The position numbers and the translations under genes were made by a program. Shown in pieces: positions 31,585 to 44,472 of a stretch of DNA of 64,000 bases. This stretch comes from Eledone cirrhosa (Eukaryota). Each line of letters begins with the position of its first letter. The stretch's first letter is position 1. Location of the stretch: positions 45,011,806 to 45,075,805 of the forward strand of contig OZ024755.1 of the NCBI GenBank assembly GCA_964016885.1, given 5' to 3'. Below the pieces are notes generated by a model. The model made no database searches. It was not told where the DNA came from and saw nothing but the letters and a program-made list of their open reading frames with translations.

Positions 31585-34500
31585 TTGTTTCAGCCGTGGA
31601 TGGCCAACATAACCCCAACCCCATCCCCCTCATCCCTCCCTGCGCCCCACCCACCAAACGCAATCCAAAATTTCAGAGTTGGTACCATGAATGTAGGCAC
31701 CTTAAAAGGCCGCTCTAACGAGGTTGTAGAAATGCTTGAACGTAAGGAGGTTGATGTCTGCTGTATCCAAGAGACCAGGTGGAGGGGCGGGTCTGCTAGA
31801 TTCATTGTGGGTAAAAAACGATGCTATAAGCTTTTCTGGGTGGGAAATGACAATGGGCTGGGTGGGGTAGGAATCATGTTAGAAGAAAAATGGGTGGATA
31901 AGATAATAGACGTAAATAGAGTGAATGACAGAATAATTAAATTAAGACTTGTTCTAAATAGAACTACTGTGACAGTAATATCTGCGTACGCACCCCAATC
32001 CGGACTGGCTGGTGCTATAAAAGACAGATTCTATGAGAGACTGATGCTCACTACCTCCCAAATAACTGACAGTGACTATATAATTATAGCTGGCGACCTA
32101 AATGATCATGTTGGACAACATTGTGACGGAATCCACGGAGTCTATGGGTTTGGTACTAGAAATCAGGAAGGCTCCAGAATCCTGGAATTCTGTGACGCAA
32201 ATAACCTAACTATCTGTAACACTAACTTCAAAAAACGAGACAATCACTTGATCACCTACAGATCATGGGAACATACCAGCCAGGTAGATTATATCCTTAC
32301 CAGAAGACGTGACAGAGTGTCTGTTGTAAACACCAAATCCCTCCCCCATGAAGAATGCACCTCCCAACATAGACTGATAATTTAGCGACCTCATAGTCAG
32401 GACGTGACGTACTCGACAACAGAAGAGGACTACCCTCAGGAGAAAAATATGGAAGCTAAAGGACCCCACAGCCAGAAATAAATTTAAAAGCATATTACTT
32501 GATGCTTTCGACAGTAAGGAAGAGCATTTAGAGTCGTACAATATAGAGGAACAGTGGGAATTCCTGAAAGCAAACCTGCTGATGGTGGCAGACGAAGTCT
32601 GTGGCTGGAGCAGGCCTATAGGCAGGAGGAGAGTAACATGGTGGTGGAACAGTAAGGTGGAGGAGTCAATTAAGGCCAAAAAGCAGGCTTGGAAAGTATG
32701 GCGGGATGGGGGAAGTAGAGAAGACTATCAAGTGGCCAGGAGGGAAGCTAGGAGACAAGTGTACTTTGCAAGAAGGGAAGCAGAGGAAAGAAAGTTCAAG
32801 CATGTTCTACAACGCGAGGACCAAAAACGTGAGGTGTTCAGGATTGCTAGGCAATGTGTCAAGGAAAACCGTGATATTGTCGGGGAGAAGTGTGTCCTTA
32901 ATGATGACCCACATCGACCCAATAGAGGGACCAGCAGTGTTAGTCGAAGGTAGTATAATAAGTAAGGCAATCAAAGATATGAAGACGGGTAAGGCAGCTG
33001 GGCCCTCGGAAATAGTTGCTGAAATGCTGAAAGCTTCTGGAACGGTGGGACACACCATGGTCACCCGGATAGTAAACCAAGTCATACAGAATGGGGTTGT
33101 TCCGAAGGACTGGCGTAGCAGCATCATCATTAACTGCTACAAGGGGAAAGGAGATGCCCTAGATAGGAGTAACTATAGAGGCATTAAATTAATCGACCAG
33201 GTCATGAAGGTCACAGAAAAAGTAATAGCGCAACTAATCAGAGAGAGAATTGATCTAGATGAAATGCAGTTCGGGTTTGTGTCAGGTAAAAGTACCACAG
33301 ACGCTCTTTTCATTGTACGACAACTACAGGAGAAGTACCTAGCTAAAAGTACCTAGCTTTTGTCGACTTGGAGAAAGCCTTCAACAGAGTACCCCGTTCC
33401 ATTATCTGGTGGGCTCTTAGAAAACTAGGTGTTGATGAATGGCTTGTGAGAGCTATACAAGCCATGTATAAAGAAACTGTCAAAGAAACAACGAATATAG
33501 TGAAGAGTTTAGCGTAAAAGTTGGTGTTCATCAGGGCTCCGTTCTTAGCCCCCTACTATTTATTATTGCCCTTCAGGCTATAACAGTGGAGTTCAAGACC
33601 GGCTGCCCATGGGAACTCCTTTATGCAGATGATCTAACGCTCATAGCTGAATCAATGGCCAAACTAGAGAAGAAATTCCAAACATGGAAGCATGGCCTAG
33701 AATCAAAAGGCCTTAAAATTAACCTGTCTAAGACTAAAGTTCTAGTTTGTAGGAAGGAAAATAGGGCACCAGTCCCATCCGGGAAATGGCCATGCTCAGT
33801 GTGTAGGAAAGGAGTAGGTAGAAACTCCATTTTATGTCCCAAATGCAAAGTATGGGTACATAAAAGATGTAGTGGGATCACAGGTAAGCGAACTAAGAAC
33901 ATAGATTTTATATGTGGCCGGTGCTCTGGTGCAATAAGTAACAGCAAGTGCCCACAGAATACTAGCTCATTCCATTGCACAGATGGTTCTATAGAAATAG
34001 TAGACAGCTTCCGTTACCTGGGTGACAAAATCAGCAGTGGGGGAGGGTGCTCTGAAAGTACAGTAGCTAGAGTCAGAACTGGATGGAAAAAGTTCAGAGA
34101 GCTTATACCACTATTAGCCGCTAAAGGGTTCTCCCTAAAAATGAAAGGCAGGCTGTATGATGCCTGCATACGAACAGCAATGTTACATGGCAGTGAGACC
34201 TGGGCATTGTGTGCAGATGATATACGCAGACTGGAGAGGAACGAAGCTTGCATGCTCTGCTGAATGTGTAATAGTAATATACGTGAACGGCAAAGCATAA
34301 ACGAACTAAGGGAAAAATTAGAAATAAGAGGGATCAGATGTTGTTTACTCGAGAGAAGACTACGTTGGTATGGTCACGTGATGCTCATGAAAGACGACAG
34401 CTGTATAAAAAAGTGCAGCACAATAAAAATAGACGGTAGCCACGGAGTAGGCAGACCCAGAAAAACCTGGGACGACTTGATAAATTCCGACCTCACACAC

Positions 34501-34943
34501 TTACACCCCTCCAAGACAATGTCACTGGACCAAGGTCTTTGGCGCTACACAGTAATAGAGAAGACCCGCCTTACCTAAGTACAAAGTGAAACCTACTACA
34601 GTCAGTAGGCACCTCTAACAAATCCACACCATCCACACCACCCCTTTCAATGTAAAGTTATGTTGGTACCACAACATCCAGCCCGAAAAAAATGAGGTCG
34701 TGGAGGTGTCACGACAAAAAAACACACAGTCCACGCTGTAATGTGGCCGTGTAGGTAACATGGTAAAAACCTCCCAGTTCCACACTGTAAATGTGGTTGG
34801 TGTTAGGAAGGGCATCCAGCCGTAGAAAACCCTCCAGACAGTCCTATACGAGCAAGACAACCACTCTTGCCTCAAGTGGGAAAACTCCCGTCCAAACCCA
34901 TGCAAGCGTGGAATATGGATGTTAAACGATGATGATGATGATG

Positions 34944-34944
<1 letters not shown>
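31585..34944 (+). mobile_element. Near full-length but disrupted RTE LINE (APE endonuclease + RT)
   Basis: GTMNVGTL, CCIQETRW, AYAPQ, AGDLNDH, VDYIL, SQHRL (APE); NYRGIKL, YADD (RT); frameshifts, stops and an apparent internal deletion near 32905; (GAT)n tail. Confidence 0.95.
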
Positions 34945-34976
<32 letters not shown>

Positions 34977-35066
34977 CATATATATGTATATATATATATA
35001 CACACACATACACATACATACACACATACACACACATACATATACTCATACATATATATATATATA

Positions 35067-35630
35067 AAGGTAACCATAGTAAGTACAGTGAATTTTTTGA
35101 AATTTAGTTTGAAATCTTTTCTTATTTGCTAAGCATTGATTATATATGTTCTGGCTCGTTAATTTATTAACTTGCCATTGAACCACATTGGCATATGGTT
35201 GGATAATACATGTGTCCCTATACTCTTTTTGTGTGTAGGGATATATACTTTATTATTATTATTCTCCTCTTGGTCGAGATAAAATTTTGTCGTTTTGACT
35301 GCTGCTATTTATAGTGGTAGTAGATTGACCTCCCTGCCTCTGCCTACTATCTTTGCACATGGCACTGGACAGTATTGCTTCCACATCATTCATTCTCATC
35401 TCGGGAACAATTTTGAATAGCGCCAGTTCCTAATTTGAACTCAGGAATTTTATATTCTTCGAGTGAAAAGAACCTTCTGACGAGAGTTTATCTTTTCAAT
35501 GGAAGCCCGCAAGGACTGACCATTTATTTTTGAGACTCACAACCGATTCGGTAAAGGTAACCATAGTAAGTACAGTGAATTTTTTGAAATTTATTTTGAA
35601 ACTTTTTCTTATTTGCTAAACCTTGATTAT
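35067..35630 (+). mobile_element. Retrozyme-like non-coding element: 487-nt unit plus ~77-nt terminal redundancy
   Basis: 35067-35141 repeats at 35554-35630; the repeat starts at the predicted cleavage site of a hammerhead at 35472-35558. Confidence 0.7.
35472..35558 (+). ncRNA. Degenerate type I hammerhead ribozyme
   Basis: ACCTT-CTGACGA-GAGTTT...AGACTC-ACAA (GAAA expected)-CCGATTCGG-TA-AAGGT. Confidence 0.65.
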
Positions 35631-36341
35631 CATCATCATCATCATCATCAGCGTTTAACGTCCGTGTTCCACGCTTGCATGGGTTTGGACGGGGGTAGTC
35701 CCACTTGAGGCAAGAGTGATTGTCTTGCTCGCATAGGACTGTCTGGCAGGTTTTCTACAGTTGGATGCCCTTCCTAACACCAACCACATTTACAGTGTGG
35801 GTCTGGGAGGTTTTTACCGTGTTGCCTACACGGCCACATTACAGCGTGGACTGTGTGTTTTTTTGTCGTGACACCTACACGATCTCATTTGTTTCGGCCT
35901 CGATGGCGCGGCACCAACATAACTTTACATAGAACGGGGTGGTGTGGATCGGGTGGGGGTGGTGGGACGGGGTGTATTTGTTAGAGATGCCTACTGGCTG
36001 GAGTAGGTTTTACTATATATTTAGGTAAGGCGGGTCTTCTCTGTTACTGAGTACCGCCAAAGGTCTCGGTCCAGTGACATTGTCTTGGAGAGGTGTAAGT
36101 GTGTGATGTCGGAGTTTATCAGCTCGTCCCAGGTTTTTCTAGGTCTGCCTATTCCGTGACTACCGTCTATCTTTATTGCCCTGCACTTTGTTATACAGCT
36201 ATCGACTTTCATGCGCATCACGTGTCCATACCAACGTAGCCTTCTCTCGAGTAAACAACATCTGATCCCTCTTATCTCTAATTTATTCCTTAGTTCGTTT
36301 ATGCTTTGCCGTTCACGTATATTACTGTTACACATCCAGCG
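35629..36341 (-). mobile_element. RTE LINE 3' fragment (same subfamily as 31585-34944)
   Basis: [43 protein letters not shown]...TEKTRLT, shared 3' UTR, (CAT)n. Confidence 0.92.
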
Positions 36342-36398
<57 letters not shown>

Positions 36399-36419
36399 TA
36401 TACACATACATATACATAC

Positions 36420-36463
<44 letters not shown>

Positions 36464-36495
36464 TCACATATATACATGTATACATATATATACAT

Positions 36496-36550
<55 letters not shown>

Positions 36551-36582
36551 TATATACATACACACACACATACATACACATA

Positions 36583-36626
<44 letters not shown>

Positions 36627-36630
<4 letters not shown>

Positions 36631-37289
36631 TTTTGCGAGGTTTTTTATATGAAATCGTGTGTCGAAACAAATATTGTTATACTTGGGGCGGGTCATATTT
36701 GTGTAATAATATTGCCAGAATTAATAACAGAACACACTCACTGTTTGGTTGGTTTTTGCTTCTGTGTCTTTTATATTGGTTAATTTAATTTATTCGGTCA
36801 GAAAAACCCCCAGAAAAAATGAATGGAATAACAACAACACCCAAACAAACAACACTGACCTAACAGAAGTATAAATAAATAAATAAATAAATACATACAC
36901 AAGCACAATAACAACAAACACATATAAACACACACTAGTAAACTAAGATAGAATACAATAACCAATACACAGTCACCCAAACAAGAACACACATCAAATA
37001 AAACACTATACACACACGCAAACAGACTAAATAAAGATGGTGTAAGCATACAATACAACAGGAGGAAACATAATAGCACCACTGACGATGTTGCAGATGT
37101 GCAATGAAAGAAATTTGTTAGACTATATATATGTGTTTGTGTCTATATTGTATCTGTACTTTTTTACCGTTGGTCAGTCAATGGTAACATTGAGGACCGA
37201 ATAAATTAAATTAACCGATATAAAAGACACAGAAGCGAAAACCAACCAAACAGTGAGTGTGTTCTGTTATTAATTCTGGCAATATTATT
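36627..37289. mobile_element. Non-coding PLE end fragment (family of 27663-28977) with internal inversion
   Basis: 36627-36799 matches ~27663-27833; 36800-37289 is the reverse complement of ~27740-28290; arms 36706-36799 and ~37195-37289 are inverted. Confidence 0.85.
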
Positions 37290-37293
37290 TATC

Positions 37294-37361
<68 letters not shown>

Positions 37362-37363
<2 letters not shown>

Positions 37364-38018
37364 CATCATCATCATCATCATCATCATTTTACATCCGCTT
37401 TTCCCTGCTTGCAAGGGTGGGACGGGTCTTATTCAGCACAGCATCTCTCCACTCGTCACGGTCCCTCGTTATCTCCACCGTGAGCTTCAATTATCTGAGG
37501 TCTGTTCTCACCACCTCTGCCCATGTTTTTCGTGGTCTACCTCTACCATGTCTTCCTTCAACTGGCAATTCCTGGCACTTCTTCACCCATCGGTCATCCT
37601 CCATGCGCATCACATGTCCATACCACCTCAGTCTCCTCTCCCGTACACTACATTCTATCCCTCTCAGACACAGTTTCTCTCTCAACACATTTATGCTGGG
37701 TCGTTCACGCACATTTACACTGCACATCCAACGGAGCATGCTTGCCTCATTTCTCTCCAGCCGTCGCATATCCTCTGCGGTTGCTGCCCATGTCTCACTA
37801 CCATGCAGCATCGCGCTCCTCACACAGGCATCATACAACCGGCCTTTCGTACGCAGGGAGAAACCCTTCTTCGTCAACAGAGGAAGCAGCTCCCTAAACT
37901 TCTTCCAACCCGTCCTTATTCTAGATACTATGGCCTCGGAACACCCTCCTCCCATGCTAATCTGATCTCCTAGGTAGCGGAACCTATCCACCACTTCTAT
38001 AGCGCCCTCTTGCATTTG
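37362..38018 (-). mobile_element. RTE LINE 3' fragment, third subfamily
   Basis: EVVDRFRYLG...[19 protein letters not shown]...GRPRKTW; (CAT)n tail. Confidence 0.92.
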
Positions 38019-38062
38019 ATATATATATATACATATACACAAACACATATACACACACACAC

Positions 38063-38093
<31 letters not shown>

Positions 38094-38108
38094 CACACAT
38101 ATATATAT

Positions 38109-38425
38109 ATCATCATCATCATCATCGTTTAACGTCTATCTTCCACGTTAGCATGGGTTAGACAGGAATTGTCCCACTTAAGGCAAGATTGGTCGGGTGA
38201 CCGTGTCTCGCTCGTATATGGACTATCTGGCAGGTTTTCTATGGCTGGATGCCCTTCCTAACACCAACCACATTTACAGTGTGGACTGTGTTTTTTTTGT
38301 CGTGACACCTACATGACCTCATTAGTTTGGATTGGATGTTGTGGTACCAACATAACTTTACAGAGAAAGGGTCGTGTTGGTGGGAGTGGGAGGATGGAGT
38401 AGGGGAGGGATAGTGGGTTGGGGTG
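38109..38425 (-). mobile_element. RTE 3' UTR fragment
   Basis: GGATGCCCTTCCTAACACCAACC block and (CAT)n shared with neighbouring RTEs. Confidence 0.8.
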
Positions 38426-38427
38426 TA

Positions 38428-41400
38428 TATTAGTACTGTATGTTTATAGTACTGTATGTATATCTATAGTACTCTATATCTATAGTACTGTATGTTTATA
38501 GTACAGTATATCTATAGTACTGTATGGATATAGTACTGAATGTCTATAGTACAGTATGTCTATAGTACTGTATGTCTATAGTACAGTATATCTATAGTGC
38601 AGTATATCTATAGTACTGCATGTCTATAGCACACTATGTCTATAGTACTGTATATCTATAGTACTGTATATATATACTAATGTATGTCTATAGTACTGTA
38701 TATCTATACTAATGTATGTCTATAGTACTGTATATCTATAGTACTGTATGTCTATAGTACTATATGTCTGTAGTACTGTATGTCTATAGTACTGTATGTC
38801 TATAGTACTGTATATCTATAGAACTGCATGTGTATCGTACTGTATGTCGATAGTTTTATATGTCTATAGTACTGAATATCTATAGTACTGTATGTCTATG
38901 GTACTGTATATCTATAGTACTGTATGTCTATAGTACTGTATGTCTATAGTACTGTATATCTATAGTACTGTATGTCTATAGTAGTGTATATATATAGTAC
39001 TGTATGTCTATAGTACAGTATGTCTATAGTACTGCATGTCTATTGTAATGTATGTCTATAGTAATGTATATTTATAGTACTGCATATCTATAGGACTGTA
39101 TGTCTATAAAAACTGTATGTCTATAGTACTGTATGTCTATAGTACTGTATATCTATAGTACTGTATGTCTATAGTAGTGTATATATATAGTACTGTATGT
39201 CTATAGTACAGTATGTCTATAGTACTGCATGTCTATTGTAATGTATGTCTATAGTAATGTATATTTATAGTACTGCATATCTATAGGACTGTATGTCTAT
39301 AATACTGTATGTCTATAGTACTGTATATCTATAGTACCATATATCTCTACTAATGTATATCTATAGTACTGTATGTCTATAGTAGTGTATGTCTATAGTA
39401 CTGTATGTTTATAGTACTGCATATCTATAGTACCGTATGTCTATAGTACTGTATATGTATAGTACTGTATATCTATAGTACTGTACATCTATAGTACTGA
39501 ATGTCTACAGTACAGTATATCTATAGTATTGTATGTCTATAGTAATGTATGTCTATAGCACTGTATGTCTATAGTACTGTATGTTTATAATACTCTATAT
39601 ATATAGTATTGTATGTCTATAGTACTGTTTGTCTATAGTACTGTATGTCTATAGTACTGAACATCTATAGTACTGTATGTTTATAGTACAGTATGTTTAT
39701 AGTACTATATGTCTATAGTACTGTATATTTATAGTACTGTATATTTATAGTACTGTATATCTACAGTACTGTATGTCTATAGTACTCTATGTCTACAATA
39801 CTGTATGTTTATCGTACTGTATGTCTATAGTACTGTATGTATATAGTAATGTATATCTGTAGTACTGTATGTCTGTAGTACTGTATGTCTATAGTACTGT
39901 ATGTGTATAGTACTGCATGTCTATAGTACTGTATGATTATAGTACCGTATGTCTATAGTACTATATTTTGATAGTACAGTATATCTATAGTACTGTATGT
40001 CTATAGTACTGTATGCCTATCGTACAGTATATTTATAGTACTGTATCTATAGTATCGTATGTCTATAGTAATGTATGTCTCTAGTAATGTATATCTATAG
40101 TACTTTATATCTACAGTACTGTATATCTATAGTACTGTATATCTATAGGACTGTATATCTATAGTACTGTATGTCTATGGTACTGTATGTCTATAGTACT
40201 GTATATCTATAGTCCTGTATGTTTATAGTACTGTATGTCTATAGTAAAGTATATCTATAGTACTCTATATATATAGTACAGTATATCTATAGTACTGTAT
40301 GTCTATAGTACTGTATGTTTATAATACTGTATATGTATAGTACCGTATGTCTATAGTAATGTATGTCTATAGTACTGTATGTCTATAGTACAGTATATCT
40401 ATAGTACTGTATGTTTATAATACTGTATATGTATAGTACTGTATGTCTATAGTACTGTATGTTTATAATACTGTATATGTATAGTACTGTATGTCTATAG
40501 TACTGTTTGTCTATAGTACTGTATGTCCATAGTACTGTACATCTATAGTACTCTATGTTTATAGTTCAGTATGTTTATAGTACTATATGTCTATAGTACT
40601 GTATGTTTATAGTACTGTATATCTACACTACTCTATGTCTATAGTACTCTATGTCTATAATACTGTATGTTTATAGTACTGTACATCTATAGTACTGTAT
40701 GTCTATAGTACTGTATGTATATAGTAATGTATATGTATAGTACTGTATGACTGTAGCACTGTATGTCTATAGTACTGTATGTGTATAGTACTGCATGTCT
40801 ATAGTACTGATTGATTATAGTACCGTATGTCTATAGTACTATATTTCTATAGTACAGTATATCTATAGTACTGTATGTCTATAGTACTGTATGGCTATAG
40901 TATTGTATGTCTACAGTACTGTATGTTTATAGTACTGTATGTCTATAGTAATGTATATCTATAGCATTGGATGTCTATAGTACTGTATGTCTGTAGTACT
41001 GTATGTCTATAATGTCTATAGTACTGTATGTCTATAGTACAGTATATCTAGACTACTGTATGTCTATAATACTGTATGTCTATACTACAGTATATCTATA
41101 GTACTGTATGCCTATAGTACTGTATATCTATGGTACTGTATATCTATAGTACTGTATGTCTATAGTACAGTATATCTATAGTATGTCTATAGTACTGTAT
41201 ATCTATACTAATGTATGTGTATAGTACTGTATATCTATAGTAATGTATGTCTATCGTACTATATGTCTGCAGTACTGTATGTCTATCGTACTTTATGTCT
41301 ATAGTACTGTATATCTATAATACTGTATGTCTATGGTACTGTATATCTATAGTACTGTATGTCTATAGTACTGTATATCTATAGTACTGTACGTCTATAG

Positions 41401-42068
41401 TACTATATGTCTGTAGTATTGTATGTCTATAGTACTGTATATCTATAGTACTGTGTATCTATAGTGCTGTATGTGTATAGTACAGTATATCTATAGTACT
41501 GCATGTCTATAGTACTGTATGTTTATAGTACTATATGTTTATAGTACTGCATATCTATAGTAATGTGTGGCTATAGTACTGTATATCTATAGTACTGTAT
41601 ATCTATAGTACTGTACATCTATAGTACTGTCTGTCTATAGTACTTTATGTCTATAGTACTGTATATCTATAGTACTGTATGTTTATAGTAGTGCATGTCT
41701 AAAGTACTATATGTCTGTAGTACTGTATGTCTATAGTACTGTATGTCTATAGTACTGTATATCTATAGTACTGTGTATCTATAGTACTGTATGTCTATAG
41801 TACTTTATATCTATAGTACTGTCTATCTATAGTACTGTATGTCTATAGTACTGTATGTATATAGTAATGTATATCTATAGTACTGTATGTCTGTAGTACT
41901 GTATGTCTATATTACTGTATGTCTATAGTACTGTATGTCTATAGTACTGTATGTCTATATTACTGTATGTCTATAGTACTGTATATCTATGGTACTGTAT
42001 GTCTATTGTACTGTATGTCTATAGTTCTGTATATCTATGGTACTGTATGGCTATACTACTGTATGTCT
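38428..42068. repeat. 16-bp satellite, consensus TATAGTACTGTAT(G/A)TC
   Basis: Direct 16-bp periodicity over ~3.6 kb. Confidence 0.97.
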
Positions 42069-42861
42069 AATATCCAATTTTGTAGTGACGTTGTAAATTG
42101 ATCGAAATATTTGTAAGTGTTATCTCCCTTAGAACATCTCTTTGCAGGAAAGTGCAGTGGATTGATAGTATTGGTAGAGACAACATGCTTTGTGGTATAT
42201 AGTTACATCCCCTTGCGTTCTGAGATTGACTTCCACAGAGGTTAACTTTGATTTTCATTCTTACAGGACCGATAAAATAAAGTAACAGTAATACACTGGT
42301 TTCAATTTAATCTACTTCCACCAAAAATTGTTGGTCTTGTGTCTAAATTAGAAACCATTAATCACTTCACAACTTTCAATCTCCATAGAATTACAGTTAA
42401 GAAGGTTTAATGGCTTTAAATTAATATTTTATTTACTCATTCCAGTAAATTACTTAAATTTAGCCTCATATTCTCTGCCATTAATGACTGAATAAACTTG
42501 AAGGAGTGTAAAATGATGTGTCTTGCTGAAGGACAACATATCACTCTGTAAGATGACTGTCTCGCTCATATGTTCCATGTCAACTAATAGAAGTGAAATA
42601 ATTAAACAGTGGGTAAAATTTTGAACTACTGGAAGTTAACCCTTTCAATTCTGACCCTTCTGCGAAGTGTGTTGTCTCCAGCCTTCAACATCCACAAATA
42701 ATCACTGAAAAAACGTATAATCCTCAGTTAAACCTGACCAAAAATAAAAGATAATAAATCTTTGAATTTCACAAAAGACTCTGGCAATACCTTACTAAAT
42801 AATTCAGACTAAAGCAATGATATAAATTAACCTACTATTTCATTGGTGTTGTTTTATTGAT

Positions 42862-43042
42862 CCTGAAACTATGTAAAGTAAGGTTGATGTTAGTTGGGGT
42901 CACCACCAACATCAAACTCCCCCTGAAACTATGTAAAGTAAGGTTGATGTTAGTTGGAGTCACCACCAACATCTAACTCCCCCCTGAAACTATGTAAAGT
43001 AAGGTTGATATCAGTTGGGGGTCACCAACAACATCTAATTCC
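42862..43042 (+). repeat. Three tandem ~60-bp copies (CCTGAAACTATGTAAAGTAAGGTTGATG...)
   Basis: Visible direct repeats; they appear to start inside a decayed SINE. Confidence 0.85.
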
Positions 43043-43176
43043 TCAAGTCACAGTCAAAATATATCCAATATTCTGCTCTCAATGACACCATTCCATTTAT
43101 TTTTAGTCTTCATTTCTAAGTTATCTCCCTTGGATTATCAACGATGGCGATGACTAAAAAATACTAATTATTACAT

Positions 43177-43292
43177 TGAGTTCAAATCCCGCCGAGGTTA
43201 ACTTTGCCTCTCATCCTTACGGGATCGATAAAATAAAGTACCCGTAATACACTGGGAATTGCTGGCCTTGTGCAAAAAGTAGAAACAATTAA
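43177..43292 (+). mobile_element. Decayed octopus-type SINE fragment (related pieces at ~42225-42360 and ~49078-49175)
   Basis: B-box GAGTTCAAATCC followed by AACTTTGCC..CATCCTT..GATAAAATAAAGTAC..GGCCTTGTG..AAAAGTAGAAA, recurring three times in the window. Confidence 0.6.
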
Positions 43293-43424
43293 TTATTACA
43301 CATTAACTATTTATCTACACGTGTTAATTACAATAAGATGATCCTATCTGTTTAGTGCAGGTGTTTAATAAGAAAATCATTACCTATTTATTACAGGTTT
43401 TTAACTACAATAAAATCATTACAG

Positions 43425-43535
43425 GTGTTAACCTCAATAGAGGTAGCCAATGCAGCAGTCCCACAAGCTGAGGGTCAGGCCCGTGCAAAATATAATTTTG
43501 TGGCTCAAACATCTGTTGAGTTACATTTGAAAAAG
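43425..43535 (+). CDS. Internal coding exon of a SORBS/CAP/ArgBP2/vinexin-family adaptor: linker plus start of the second SH3 domain
   Basis: AG|111 nt|GTAATT, phase 0/0; VLTSIEVANAAVPQAEGQARAKYNFVAQTSVELHLKK resembles the CAP/SORBS SH3-2 start (G-x-A-x-AKYNF-x-A-x-T-x-VEL-x-L-x-K), recalled from knowledge of the family. Confidence 0.82.
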
Positions 43536-43619
43536 GTAATTGATATTTCATGTTTTATTGTTTTACTGGTTTCAGTTATTGTAATCCTTATCATGGAGTC
43601 CTAAAGGGGAAGAAAAATG

Positions 43620-43880
43620 TCTAAAGTCTGTCTTGATCCCAGAGACTCATCAGGCCAGCTTTTATCCTGGTTTCCATGGCATGATGCAACTGAGAGTACT
43701 TCCCCCTGGACAGGGCACCAGTCCATCACAGGGTTAAATCCCCACCTATTGTTGGTACTCGTTTTCAGCTGAGTATACTGGAGCAACATGAAATGAAGTG
43801 TTTTGCTCAAGAACACAACACATAACCCAGTCCAGGAATCGAACATTATGGTCATAAGTCCACCACCCTTAGGCCATACA
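43620..43880 (-). mobile_element. Older CORE-like tRNA-SINE remnant
   Basis: Reverse strand has GTTCGATTCC and TTCTTGAGCAAAACACTTCATTTCA, similar to the SINE at 44084-44472. Confidence 0.6.
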
Positions 43881-44083
43881 CCCCCACTTACAGGGATGGG
43901 GGAGAAAAATGAAGTTGGTGGGGATAGAACAAATTGAAGAAGGTTTTTCAACAAAGCCAACCTCTGTCTTAGTAGGGGTGGCCTGGAAAGGTTTATTTAT
44001 GGTAGGTTTCAGTCATTGGACTGAGGCCAGGCTGAGAGAAATGTGTGGAAATATTTTGATCTGTTGTCTCTTTACTCTTTATA

Positions 44084-44472
44084 TCATCATCATCATCATC
44101 TTACGTCCACCTTTCCTTGCTTGCAAGGGTGGGACGGGAACTGATTCTGGCTTGATTTCTACAGCTGGATGCCCTTCATAACACCAACCTCATTTACAGT
44201 GAGTGCTGGGTGCTTTTTTGCTGTGGCACCTCCACGACCACTTTGCAATGAGTGCTGGGTGCTTTTTTTTTTGCCATGGTACCTCCACGACCACTTTGCA
44301 GTGGAATGATAGAGACCCAGTCCTATCATCTCATTTCTACAGCTGAGTAAATTGGAGCAATGTGAAATAAAGTGTCTTGCTCAAGGAAACAACATATCAC
44401 CCGGTCTGAGAATTGAACTCACAACCTTTCGATTGCAAGGCCAATGCTCTAACCACTAAGCCATATGCCTCC
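44084..44472 (-). mobile_element. tRNA-derived CORE-like SINE with RTE-derived 3' tail
   Basis: A-box TGGCTTAGTGG, B-box GAGTTCAATTC, CCTTGAGCAAGACACTT core, tail matching RTE 3' UTRs, (ATG)n. Confidence 0.88.

Noticed and set aside
44400-44472. tRNA gene
   Set aside because: A and B boxes are present but continue into a SINE body and LINE tail; no complete cloverleaf was evident.
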